Origin: Thermodesulfobacteriota bacterium
GTDB lineage: Bacteria > Desulfobacterota > Binatia > Bin18
Assembly (NCBI GenBank): GCA_964291405.2
Contig: OZ219926.1
Span: 3,520,001 to 3,584,000, forward strand
Reading direction: 5' to 3'
Length of the DNA: 64,000 bases
Under the pieces are notes generated by a model. That model was given only the letters and a program-made list of their open reading frames with translations. It was not told the origin of the DNA and searched no databases. Both the position numbers and the translations under genes were made by a program. Shown piece by piece: positions 8,313 to 18,081 of this stretch (within the stretch, counting starts at the first letter, position 1; the number at the start of each line of letters is the position of its first letter).

Positions 8313-10142
8313 ATGAGGCACAGCGTGCAGGGTCGACAAGCAGCGACGAATAAGCGCACTTCATCGTGCCTGAGACAGGCCGGGCTGTTGTGCGTTCGTA
8401 GCTTGGTCGTTGGTCTAGTGCTCTGGCCGGCCCTGCTGCACGCTCGCTTTCTGGACGAGTCCCAAACGCTGCGCTTTAACGGCCGGGTGTATAACCGGAC
8501 GGCCATGGCCGTGGAGAACGCGGGTGGAAATACTCGTCTCCAGACGCCGTACAATTCCTTCAATATGCTCCAGAACCGCTCCTTCATCCAAGCCGAATTG
8601 CGACATGATCTGGTGGACCTGGTTGAGGGCAGCTATGAGGGCACTCTTAGCGCGCTGGCGCCTCTGTTCAAGCCGCTTCAGTGGCTCCAGCTTGAAGACA
8701 TCAGTTATTTCATCACCTATCGGGGGGAGTACGACGGCGTCTGGGACTACGGACCCGACGTGTTTCGCGAGCGTTTTCCCCTGCACTCCAACTGTGGTCA
8801 GCCCAGCAAACAAAAGCGGACCAGTCCGCGTCAGTTTGCCGGCTGCTCGCGCGTCAACTCGCGCCGCAGCTTGCGTATGCGTCATCGGCTGTTTGAAGCC
8901 TATGTTGACCTGTCGTGGGAGTTTCTCTTTTTACGCATTGGACGCCAAAACCTGTCCTGGGGAGAGACCGACGCCTTTCGACTCCTGGATCAGATCAATC
9001 CGCTCGACGCCAGCTTTGGCGGCTTCCTCGTCTCCCTGGATGACCGACGCGTGCCCCTGGACATGGTGCGGGCCGTATACAGCTTTGAGGATGTCGGCCC
9101 CTTTTCCGAGCTCAACATTGAGGGCTACGGCGCCTTTGATAAGAATATCTCCAGCCCGGTGCCGGTTGGTTCCCCTTGGTCAACCCCGAACCCGCCGGGG
9201 ATGCGCAGTGTCGTCAAAAAGCCGGCCCAGAATTTCAAGGACACCCGGGGCGGCTTTCGCGTCACCGCCCGAATCGGTGAGCTGACGCTCTCTGCGGCGC
9301 ATTACTACACGTTTCTGGATGCGCCCGAGGTGCGCATTGTCACGCCCAGGAATCGTCCCCCGATCAGTCTGGCGGCGTTTGAGCAGGCGGTCAACGCCGG
9401 GCTGGCCTCTCAATTTATCGTTGATAACTTTCAGGCCAATGTGCTGTATCCGAAAATTGCGATTTCCGGCCTGACCGCCTCCTTCCCCGTGCCGAAGTGG
9501 TACGCGATCATTCGCAGCGAGGCGGCTGTTTTCTGGGACGAGCCGTTCTTTAAGAACTCCGGTGCTACCCACCTCCTCGGACCGGTCCTCTCCGACGGCC
9601 AGATCACACCCGGCTATCGTCAGGTCGGGATCGATCCCCTCACTGGCTCGCCGCTGCTGTCGTATGAGAACGATATTGCCCACTCACACGTTGTGCGCTG
9701 GGTGCTGGGCATCGATATCAATCGCTATATTCGTGCCCTCAATCCCCAGCAGTCTTTTATTATCAGCGGGCAGATGTTCGGTACGCATATCGTCGATTTC
9801 AACGACACCTCGCTGGCGTCAGCCGGGCCGTACGGTTTTGGTCATTTTGCGATTCCGGTGAGCGAGCCGAGCCGCCAGAACCGCTCCCTGGTCAATATCG
9901 ATCAACACCAGTTTGTGAATACGCTGAGTATCTCGACCTCCTTCCGCTCCGGGGTGATTAAACCCCAACTGGTCTTCTTCTACGACTGGCAGGGCTCCTG
10001 GCTCGTCCAGCCGGGGATTACGCTGACGCGGGACCCGTTTCGACTGACGCTCCAGTACAACTACCTCGATGGCCAGTACAATGGTATCGGCTTGCTGCGG
10101 GACCGGGACAATCTGATTACGCAGCTTGAGGTGGTGTTCTAG
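8313..10142 (+). CDS. DUF1302 family outer-membrane beta-barrel protein
   Basis: LFEAYVD...LRIGRQNLSWGETD.FRLLDQINPLD and C-terminal LRDRDN...VVF. Paired with DUF1329. Confidence 0.8.
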   Translation: MRHSVQGRQAATNKRTSSCLRQAGLLCVRSLVVGLVLWPALLHARFLDESQTLRFNGRVYNRTAMAVENAGGNTRLQTPYNSFNMLQNRSFIQAELRHDLVDLVEGSYEGTLSALAPLFKPLQWLQLEDISYFITYRGEYDGVWDYGPDVFRERFPLHSNCGQPSKQKRTSPRQFAGCSRVNSRRSLRMRHRLFEAYVDLSWEFLFLRIGRQNLSWGETDAFRLLDQINPLDASFGGFLVSLDDRRVPLDMVRAVYSFEDVGPFSELNIEGYGAFDKNISSPVPVGSPWSTPNPPGMRSVVKKPAQNFKDTRGGFRVTARIGELTLSAAHYYTFLDAPEVRIVTPRNRPPISLAAFEQAVNAGLASQFIVDNFQANVLYPKIAISGLTASFPVPKWYAIIRSEAAVFWDEPFFKNSGATHLLGPVLSDGQITPGYRQVGIDPLTGSPLLSYENDIAHSHVVRWVLGIDINRYIRALNPQQSFIISGQMFGTHIVDFNDTSLASAGPYGFGHFAIPVSEPSRQNRSLVNIDQHQFVNTLSISTSFRSGVIKPQLVFFYDWQGSWLVQPGITLTRDPFRLTLQYNYLDGQYNGIGLLRDRDNLITQLEVVF

Positions 10143-11484
10143 TCCGGAGCGCGGCGATGAGATCGTCTTCACTCAGCGCTTGCTGCTCCCCGGTTGCCAG
10201 GTTCTTCAAGGTATAGCGCTGGCGTTCAACCTCGTCAGGTCCGAGAATGAGCGCATGGGGAATCTGCTGGGCGTCTGCGGCGGAGAGCTGGCGCTTGAGT
10301 CTGCTCTGTTCCGGATAGACCTCGACCGTAATGCCTGCCTGTCGCAGGCGCGAGGCCAGTCCGACCGCCGGTGGCAGCGGGGCATCGGGCAGGATGCAGA
10401 CCATCACCTGGGCGGTCAATTGCAGGGCCGGAAACATCTGCCGCTCTTCCATTAAGAGCAGGATACGTTCCAAACCGAGGGAAAAGCCGACCGCCGGAAC
10501 CTGCTTGTTGCTGAACATGCCAACCAGGTTGTCGTAGCGTCCGCCGCCGCCTAAGGAGCCGCTGAAGTCGGTTGAGACAACCTCAAAGATAGGACCGGTA
10601 TAATAGCTCAGACCCCGTGCCAGCGCCGGGGCCAGGCGGATATGCGAACCTGCTGGGGCCTCCATGGTTAAGGCCACAAGCGTTTCAAGATCCTTGAGCG
10701 CCTGCTGTGCCTCGGGCTGCAATAACTGTCCGCGCAAGGCTTCTAATACGGCGTGGTTGCTCATCTTCGGGGTGCTCGTTGTCATGGCGAGCAGACGTTG
10801 GGCCGAATCTGGAGCAATGCCGCGTTGCGTGAGTTCTGCCTGCACGCCGTCAACACCGATTTTATCCAGCTTATCAATGGCGATCAGAGCGGAACCCTCA
10901 AGATTGGGGTCAATACCGGCCGCCCCGATCATACTGCGTAGAACCACCCGGTGGTTGAGCGCAATGGAGAAGTTGGAAAAGCCGAGCTCAAGCAGCGCGC
11001 CGCTGACCGCGTTCATCACCTCCGCTTCGGCCAGCAGCGACGTGGTGCCGGTCAGATCAACATCACACTGATAAAACTCACGAAAGCGGCCTTTCGCCGG
11101 CCGGTCCGCCCGCCAGACAGGCTGAATCTGGTAGCGCTTGAATACCCTGGGAAGGCTGTTGCCGTACTGGGCCACGACGCGAGCCAGCGGAACGGTGAGA
11201 TCGTAACGCAGCCCCAACTCGGCCAGGTCTCCGGCTTCGGGGGTCGGTTTTTCCAGGGCTCGCGTGAGTTTGTCGCCCCGGTGGAGGAGACGGAAGAGGA
11301 GTTGGTCGCCCTCCTCGCCATACTTGCCTAACAGCGTGGTCAGATTCTCGATGGCCGGCGTTTCAAGGGGCAGAAAACCGTAGCGCTGAAAGACGTTCTC
11401 AATCTTCGACACAACGTAGCGTCGTTTTGCCACGGTCTCAGGTAAGTAATCTCGCGTGCCGCTCGGCGGCTTGGTACTCGGCAT
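10117..11484 (-). CDS. hisS: Histidine--tRNA ligase
   Basis: MPSTKPPSGTRDYLP, LRYDLTVPLAR, WRADRPAKGRFREFYQCD, LARGLSYYTG, GGGRYDNL, GFSLGLERI. True start at 11484. Confidence 0.97.
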   Translation of the reverse strand: MPSTKPPSGTRDYLPETVAKRRYVVSKIENVFQRYGFLPLETPAIENLTTLLGKYGEEGDQLLFRLLHRGDKLTRALEKPTPEAGDLAELGLRYDLTVPLARVVAQYGNSLPRVFKRYQIQPVWRADRPAKGRFREFYQCDVDLTGTTSLLAEAEVMNAVSGALLELGFSNFSIALNHRVVLRSMIGAAGIDPNLEGSALIAIDKLDKIGVDGVQAELTQRGIAPDSAQRLLAMTTSTPKMSNHAVLEALRGQLLQPEAQQALKDLETLVALTMEAPAGSHIRLAPALARGLSYYTGPIFEVVSTDFSGSLGGGGRYDNLVGMFSNKQVPAVGFSLGLERILLLMEERQMFPALQLTAQVMVCILPDAPLPPAVGLASRLRQAGITVEVYPEQSRLKRQLSAADAQQIPHALILGPDEVERQRYTLKNLATGEQQALSEDDLIAALRTRTPPQAA

Positions 11485-11578
11485 ATGCGAACCTCGAACA
11501 GGGTGATACCGGAGTGTATCCGTTCCGAAGAGAACTGTCAGGGCCGTAGGTCGAGTGAGCGGAGTATCCTCCGACTCC

Positions 11579-13516
11579 TTATCCCTGGGCTGCTGCCTGG
11601 AGGGCTGCACGGCCCGTATCGGACAGGGAGAGACGCCGCTCCCAGATGCCGTGACTGCGCACCTGGCCAAGTCGTTCCAAGCGACTGACGACCACGCCGA
11701 GCGTCGAGGCGTTCGCCTCAATCGCTCGGCCCAAGGTCCGCAACGTCTGCGGACCGCTTTCAATCTGTCTGAGGATTTGGAGCTCAATGGTGGGGACCGA
11801 AGAGCGGGGCGGTCCAACCGCTCCGTGCTCTTCACTTCTCTCCCAGTGTTGCACTCCCTGGGGAGTGAGCCCTAGGGTAAAAAAGTCCGGGCCTGATTGC
11901 GCCTGCCGCCGGACCAGACCCGCGGCTATCAGTTCATCGATTAAGCGGTTCCCGCGCGCGGTGTCTATGCCGAGAAAATCAGTCAACTCGACCATCTGTC
12001 CATAGCCGTTGTGTAACAGGTCCAGGAGTCGCATATGCTCGGCAGTGAGGACGGAGGGCTCCTGGCCGGCCTCGGAGCGACTGTCCTGCTGGATTGCCGG
12101 TCGTGAGGTTGCCAGCGAGATCAGAACGATCAAGGGCAGGGTGGTAAGGGTTCCGATAAGAACCGTATGCGTTGACCACGCGGTTACGCCAGTCAGTTGT
12201 AACCCCTCGTAGACCAGCATGACGACCATCCCGATGAGCGTCCCCCAAAATGCTCCGGTTGCGTTTATTCGCGGCCAGCGATGCCCGAGCAAAAAGATCA
12301 GTGCTGCCGGGCCCAACATCGCGCAGCTAATGGCCAGCAAAAAATAGGGTCCGCCGGGGTAAAAACTGAGCAGCCAAATGCCGCCCCCGGTGACGACGGT
12401 GAGAATCCGGCTGATACGCAAGACCTGCTCCCGTGTTGCCTCCGGATGCAGAAAGCGTTGATACAGGTCACGCACCAGGGTCGAGGTAATCCCCAGGTGA
12501 GCGTTGCTGGTGGTTGAGATAGTCGCCGCCAAGGCCGCTACCAAGCCGAAGAGCGCCACCCCTGAGGGGAGGTCGCGCATCAGCATGCCATAGGCGCTCA
12601 TGGGGTTGGCCTCACCCAGAAAGTCTTGACGATACACGCTCCCCGCGTACAGTCCGAGCAGGCCCAACGCCCCGTGGACAACCAGGACGACCACGACTCC
12701 GCCAATCAGATATTGCCAGCGGGCGACAAACTCGGTGCGGGCGGCCGCGGCGCGCAGCCAGTAGTAGTTACCGCCCCACTGAATGAACATGCCGACCACC
12801 AGGGAGACGGTGATAATGCTGGGATAGCTCAGGCGTAACCACGGAAACGTCCCTGCCGTTCCCTGGGTCAACGGAGCCGGGGAAACGAACTGGGCTTGAA
12901 TCATATCCCAGCCACCAAATGTCCACGCACAGTAGCCGACCAGCGCCGGCAGGAGGATAAAGCCCAGAATGACCTGTACGACATCGGTCAGGGTCAGCGC
13001 CCACAGGCCACCGAGCAGGAGAAACATGACGTGACCACCGAGAATAAGCGTCACCATCAGCCACAGCGGAGCCTCAAGAAAGCCGGTCATAATCAGCGCC
13101 ATAGCAATGACATTCATGGCGACCAGGCCGGTCACACCGAGGACGGTGGCAATGCTGACGACCAGGCGGGTGCGTGCATCAAAGCGCATCTCCAGCCACT
13201 CCGGTAGCGTGTAGGCCCCGGAGCGACGGACATACGGACAGGCCAGCAGACCGTATATCCAATAGCCGATAACCGCCGGCAGACTAATACCCCACACCCA
13301 GCCAAAAAAGCCGTACTGAATGGTCAGGCCCGGAATAATGCTGGTCACGCTGCCGGCAAACGCGATCCCACAGATCCCGGCAATGCCGGGGAGCAGACTG
13401 ACCTGGCGGCCGGCCAGCAAATAATCGGCATCGGTCGAAACCCAGCGTTTGGCATACCAGCCCAGAGACCAGAGCAGAGCGATCAAGATGAGAACGGACA
13501 GGACGGATATCAGCAC
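11579..13516 (-). CDS. Sodium:solute symporter (SLC5/SSS) with two C-terminal winged-helix (MarR-like) domains
   Basis: DYLLAGR, YTLPEWLEMRF, GGLWALTLTDVVQ and AATIST..AHL..TSTLVRDLY SSS motifs, followed by a soluble tail with two wHTH-like units. GTG start at 13516 after AAGGAGG. Confidence 0.88.
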   Translation of the reverse strand: MLISVLSVLILIALLWSLGWYAKRWVSTDADYLLAGRQVSLLPGIAGICGIAFAGSVTSIIPGLTIQYGFFGWVWGISLPAVIGYWIYGLLACPYVRRSGAYTLPEWLEMRFDARTRLVVSIATVLGVTGLVAMNVIAMALIMTGFLEAPLWLMVTLILGGHVMFLLLGGLWALTLTDVVQVILGFILLPALVGYCAWTFGGWDMIQAQFVSPAPLTQGTAGTFPWLRLSYPSIITVSLVVGMFIQWGGNYYWLRAAAARTEFVARWQYLIGGVVVVLVVHGALGLLGLYAGSVYRQDFLGEANPMSAYGMLMRDLPSGVALFGLVAALAATISTTSNAHLGITSTLVRDLYQRFLHPEATREQVLRISRILTVVTGGGIWLLSFYPGGPYFLLAISCAMLGPAALIFLLGHRWPRINATGAFWGTLIGMVVMLVYEGLQLTGVTAWSTHTVLIGTLTTLPLIVLISLATSRPAIQQDSRSEAGQEPSVLTAEHMRLLDLLHNGYGQMVELTDFLGIDTARGNRLIDELIAAGLVRRQAQSGPDFFTLGLTPQGVQHWERSEEHGAVGPPRSSVPTIELQILRQIESGPQTLRTLGRAIEANASTLGVVVSRLERLGQVRSHGIWERRLSLSDTGRAALQAAAQG

Positions 13517-13681
13517 GGACTCCCTCCTTTGCCTGTCCTGATAGCTGAAGAATGCCACTGGAAACAAGGCAGGCGGATTCCCCGTGTCGGCCGTTCAGCC
13601 CTGAAGATTCTGCGAATTGGGTTGAATATTTGCCCCTGACCCAATAATGAGACTCTAGCGCGAAAAAGAAGGGAGAATACC

Positions 13682-14727
13682 ATGGCTCAGTATGTCTACG
13701 CTGGAGCATCGCAGTTTTCCACCAACGGACAGACCGCCCCAAGCAGTGGTTTGTGTCGTCAAAGAGTCGGAGAAACGGAGTGGCAGATTTTGAGCCAGGG
13801 CCTCCCGGAGCGGGCCGAGATTCGGGCCATTCTTGTCCATCCTGATAATCCGCATCTATTATACGTCGGTACCCAGCACGGGCCGTACCGCAGCACAGAC
13901 GGCGGGGCGCATTGGGAGGAGCTGGATTTTCCGGATACCGGGATGGCGGTCTGGTCGCTGCTGTTTCGCCCGAATGATCCTCAGGTCGTATATTGCGGTA
14001 CCGCACCGGCGGCCATCTATCGGAGCGAAAACGGTGGCGACACCTGGAAACGCCTGACCTTTGCCCAGCCGTCCGGCATGGTTGAAATGGGCTTTCCGTG
14101 TCGCATTATCGGCCTGGCGGCCGATCCGAATGATCCGGATGCGGTGTACGCCGGCCTGGAGGTCGGCGGAATCATCCGCAGTAAAGATGGCGGCGACACC
14201 TGGGAGGACTGTAGTCAAGCGCTAATTCAGTTTGCCGAGCAGGATTATTTGAAGAGTCGTATTCTGAGCAACACCGATGCCGAGGGTATGATGGACACCC
14301 ACGCTCTGGTGCTGAGTGCCGCGCAGCCGGGTAGCGTCTTTCTCGCCACGCGCATGGGTCTGTTCCAAAGCCCGGATCAGGGTCAGACCTGGGCGGATAT
14401 GGAAATCTGGCGTTCTTCGCCGTTGGCGTACGCGCGTGATATCCAGGTCGCTCCTGGTGACCCCAATACACTCTACGCCGCGCTGAGTCCGGGAGCACTC
14501 ACCCTGAACGGCTCCGTCTATCGCAGCCCGGACCTGGGTCAGACCTGGCAGCGCTTTGACCATGATATCTCCCCCCGGAGCACCATGATGACCGTCGCCC
14601 TCAGCCGCCAGGCCCCGCAACTCGTATACTGTGGCACGCGGGAGGGCCAGGTGACGGCGGTACGGCCTGGAGCGAGTCCGCGCTGCCGGACGGATGTCAG
14701 AACGTCTATACCCTGGCGTGCGGATAA
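13682..14727 (+). pseudogene. BNR/Asp-box beta-propeller protein, frameshifted near the C-terminus
   Basis: Repeated S.DGG..W boxes. After GTREGQV (~14652) the last repeat DGGTAWSESALPDGCQNVYTLACG* continues in another frame to TAA 14727. Confidence 0.8.
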
Positions 14728-14979
14728 CGGCCGTTGCGGATTGATTGAAACCCGCCGCTACGCTCCTCTTGAGTGGGGTGAAGCGTAGCGGTGGAGTGGC
14801 TTTTGTCAGGTCGAGAAGCAGGAATCCATCCTGGTCTACAGCCGCCCCTCCCTACTGAGGATGGGATATGGACCGGTCGGGACAAGAGCCTCAAAACCCT
14901 TGCCCGAGCGAACCGTGTAGGCTAAAAATGATACTTCCACGCTTCAGTTCACAACACGCAAAAACGGAGGGAATGCAGA

Positions 14980-16137
14980 ATGACCGCAAACGGAAAGTTT
15001 CCCTATAGCGGAACGGTTGATGCCGACGGACACATTCTTGAGCCACCTGATACCTGGGAGAAGTATATTGATCCAAGATATAAGGACCGGGCAATCCGTC
15101 TGCATACCAATGAAGATGGGTTGGAGGTCCTGGAACTGGATGGACGACCTGCGAAGTATTCCCAGCCGGGACAATTGGCCCAGTTCGGAGCGATGGGAAA
15201 AAAATCGGAAGAAGAAACCGCGCCCCATCCGGACCGTACCTATGTGGGCGAGGCGCCCTTTGGCTCGATGTATCCCAAAGAGCGGCTGGCCCGTATGGAT
15301 CAAGAGGGCTTGGAAAAGGCCATTATCTATCCGAGTCTTGGCCTCTTATGGGAAACCGAAGAGGTTGAAGGCCTTGATCTCCAGGCGGCCTACGCCGAGG
15401 CGTATAATCGCTGGGTGGTTGATTTCTGCTCTGACTCCGATGGCCGGCTGATCCCGATTGCCCATATCTCAATGGGAGATGGGAATGTGGCGGCCCAGGA
15501 ACTGGAACGGGCAGTACGCGCCGGAGCCAAAGGCGCGTTCTTCGTGCCGTTCACGCCGACCAATAAATCTCACGCCCACCCGGACTACGACCCGTTCTGG
15601 GCCAAGGCCCAGGAGTTGGACGTCCCGGTCGGTATTCACCCGAGCGGTGAACCGCCCTCCAAGCGGGTGCACCAACGCTTCAAGGATATGCAGAAATGGG
15701 CGTTGTGGCACTACAATGTGCACGGCGCGCAGGGGCCGCTCCAGGCCTTTACGGCGATGTTCCAGTACGGCCTGTTTGAGCGTTTCCCCAAGATCAAAAT
15801 TGTAGTGCTGGAATCGGGCGCGGGCTGGGCCGGCTATCTGCTCAACCGCATGGATGCGGTGTTCGACAGCCCCTTGGGCGACACCGTCAAGCTCAAGGAA
15901 AAACCCAGCTATTACTTTCATCGCAACTGCTGGATTTCCGGCGACCCGGACGAAAAAGCCTTTGGTCATGTGGTGGACTTCGTAGGCGCAGACAAATTCT
16001 TCTGGGCCTCTGACTTTCCGCACCCCGACCATCCGGACAACTATATGGACGAGTTGGTCGAACTGGTTGATCCCATGTCTGAGGCAACACGGCAGAAGGT
16101 CATCGGCCAGAACGCGGCGCAGGTGTACGGGCTGTAG
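14980..16137 (+). CDS. Amidohydrolase_2 family protein
   Basis: VDADGHILEPPDTW, RLARMDQEG, AYNRW, LESGAGW, WASDFPHPD. Confidence 0.92.
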   Translation: MTANGKFPYSGTVDADGHILEPPDTWEKYIDPRYKDRAIRLHTNEDGLEVLELDGRPAKYSQPGQLAQFGAMGKKSEEETAPHPDRTYVGEAPFGSMYPKERLARMDQEGLEKAIIYPSLGLLWETEEVEGLDLQAAYAEAYNRWVVDFCSDSDGRLIPIAHISMGDGNVAAQELERAVRAGAKGAFFVPFTPTNKSHAHPDYDPFWAKAQELDVPVGIHPSGEPPSKRVHQRFKDMQKWALWHYNVHGAQGPLQAFTAMFQYGLFERFPKIKIVVLESGAGWAGYLLNRMDAVFDSPLGDTVKLKEKPSYYFHRNCWISGDPDEKAFGHVVDFVGADKFFWASDFPHPDHPDNYMDELVELVDPMSEATRQKVIGQNAAQVYGL

Positions 16138-16147
16138 AGGGAAGGCG

Positions 16148-16603
16148 ATGAAACTCGAATATCTGTGCGATTACACTGCCACCTTCATTACCCCGATAAG
16201 CGTCGGCAAGGGGCCGCTCGGCGAGCGTATCGTGGCCGACCTGACCGGCGGGCACTTCGAGGGCCCGCGGATGAAGGGCAAGGTCCGGGCCAGTGGGGCC
16301 GACTGGGCTCTGGTCGGCCCGGACGGCAACCTGCGTCTCGACGTGCGTGCGGTCTTTGAGAGCGACGATGGGGCGGCGATCTATGTCACCTACCGGGCGC
16401 GTATGGAAGCCACCGAGGGGATTCGGAAAGCGCTTGCGGGCGGCGGCTCGACCAATTTTGGGGATAATTATTTTATCTCACAGATTCAGTTTGAGACCGG
16501 CGACGAGCGGTATGCCTGGCTCAATAACCTGATGGCCGTGGGCGAGGGCAAACTCAAGCCCAATGAGGTGACCTATCGGGTGTATGCCGTCGTACCGGAT
16601 TAA
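16148..16603 (+). CDS. DUF3237 family protein
   Basis: GPLGER...GGHFEGPRMKG...GADW...LDVR...DDGAAIY...FETGDERYAWLN. Confidence 0.88.
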   Translation: MKLEYLCDYTATFITPISVGKGPLGERIVADLTGGHFEGPRMKGKVRASGADWALVGPDGNLRLDVRAVFESDDGAAIYVTYRARMEATEGIRKALAGGGSTNFGDNYFISQIQFETGDERYAWLNNLMAVGEGKLKPNEVTYRVYAVVPD

Positions 16604-16612
16604 CCTTTGATA

Positions 16613-16710
16613 TCCCCTCCTTGGAGGGGTGGCCGAAGGCCGGGGTGGGTTCCTCGACCGGGTGAAACACCCTCCGCCACTACGTGGCCCTCCCTCTCAA
16701 GTGGAGACAA
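16613..16710. repeat. Intergenic palindromic REP-like repeat (CCCCTCCTTGGAGGGG type)
   Basis: CCCCTCCTTGGAGGGG palindrome followed by GGCCGAAGGCC and a degenerate partner CCCTCCCTCTCAAGTGGAG. Similar degenerate motifs occur at ~14750-14865 and ~23330. Confidence 0.5.
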
Positions 16711-16719
16711 TCTCTTTTC

Positions 16720-18060
16720 TTACCCACACGCTTCCTGCCCCAGATGCTCTCTGAGCGTCTGGCCGGTATACTCCGCGCGGTGCAGGCCGCGTTTCTGTAA
16801 CACCGGTACGACCGCGTCAACAAATTCCGTAATTGAGCCCGGCATGGTCGCAGGGGTGATATTAAACCCGTGGCCGCCGGTCTCATCCAGGATCGCTTCC
16901 ATCTGATCGGCGATCTGCTCTGGCGTGCCGACAATTTGCGGACAGCCAATGGTCGCGCCGTAGATTTTACCGACCTCGCGCATGGTGAGTCGGTCGCGGC
17001 CCAGGTCGCCCGATTGATACATCTTGGTGAATATCTCGAACAGCCCACGTATGCCTTCAATCTCAATGTCTTCAACCGGCTGGTCCAGGTCATATTGGGA
17101 CAGATCGTGGCTGGTGTGCCCCGACAGCAGGGCCAATCCGCCTTCGACCGGAACGCGCTCGTTCATATCCCGCTGTTTTCGGCGCGCCTCTTCTTCCGTT
17201 CCTCCGACAATGGCCTGAATACCCCAAATAAATTTGAGACTGCCGGGATCTCTGCCAAGGTTTTTCACCCGCGCACGCATGTCATCCGCATAGGCTTTCA
17301 TCGCCCGTGGCGTGAGCTGTACCCCGAACGCCGCTTCGGCATGCTTGGCACAGAAATCGCGTCCCGCGCCCGAGGCGCCGGCCTGAAAAAGAACCGGATA
17401 GCCCTGGGGCGAAGGGGAAACAGGCGAGATGCCCGGACAGGAGAACCACTTACCCTTGTGATTGATGGGATGGACTTTGCTGGGGTCAACATACACCCCG
17501 GACGTTTTATCCGCCACGACCGCGTCAGCCTCCCAACTCTGCCACAGTTTGTGACAGACCTGCATGTATTCGTCGGCGCGCTCATAGCGCGCATCGTGCG
17601 CAATCATGTTCTCCCAGCCCATATTGTGCGCCTCTCCAATATGGACGGAGGTAACAATATTCCACCCGATCCGTCCCTTGGTCAGATGATCGAGCGTCGA
17701 AAGTTTGCGGACCGCCATATACGGCGGGTAATAGGTGGCGGACAGGGTCACGGCAAACCCGAGCCTTTCGGTTACCGCGGCCAGCATGGGAATCAGCAGG
17801 GTGGGGTCATGAACCGGAAACTGAACGGCATGGATGAGGGATTCATCGGTGCGGGCGCGGTAGTTGCCATAGGTGGCAAGCTGGTCCGCAAAAAATATGG
17901 CGTCAAACTTGCCCCGCTCCAGTGTTCTGGCAATGTCCTGCCACATATCGGGTTGAGCAAAAGAGGAGCCGACCGTGCTGTCCGGATGGGTCCACGACCC
18001 AACCGTATGATTCATGGGGCTGTGAATCAGAAAAGCATTCAGATGCATAATGTTTTTCAT
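16720..18060 (-). CDS. LLM flavin-dependent monooxygenase, NtaA/DszA/SnaA family
   Basis: ARTLERGKFDAIFFAD, LDHLTKGRIGWNIVTS, HDARYERADEY, PVLFQAGAS..GRDF.AKHAE, VVPVLQKRG. Confidence 0.93.
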   Translation of the reverse strand: MKNIMHLNAFLIHSPMNHTVGSWTHPDSTVGSSFAQPDMWQDIARTLERGKFDAIFFADQLATYGNYRARTDESLIHAVQFPVHDPTLLIPMLAAVTERLGFAVTLSATYYPPYMAVRKLSTLDHLTKGRIGWNIVTSVHIGEAHNMGWENMIAHDARYERADEYMQVCHKLWQSWEADAVVADKTSGVYVDPSKVHPINHKGKWFSCPGISPVSPSPQGYPVLFQAGASGAGRDFCAKHAEAAFGVQLTPRAMKAYADDMRARVKNLGRDPGSLKFIWGIQAIVGGTEEEARRKQRDMNERVPVEGGLALLSGHTSHDLSQYDLDQPVEDIEIEGIRGLFEIFTKMYQSGDLGRDRLTMREVGKIYGATIGCPQIVGTPEQIADQMEAILDETGGHGFNITPATMPGSITEFVDAVVPVLQKRGLHRAEYTGQTLREHLGQEACG

Positions 18061-18081
18061 GGTGCGGCTCCCCCTGCGTTT

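Noticed and set aside
10117-10142. Convergent overlap of DUF1302 and hisS 3' ends
   Set aside because: A 26-nt tail-to-tail overlap is commonplace.
11485-11835. N-terminal extension of HisS in the ORF track (572 aa)
   Set aside because: It overlaps the SSS gene in another frame. The HisS motif starts at MPSTKPPSGTRD (11484).
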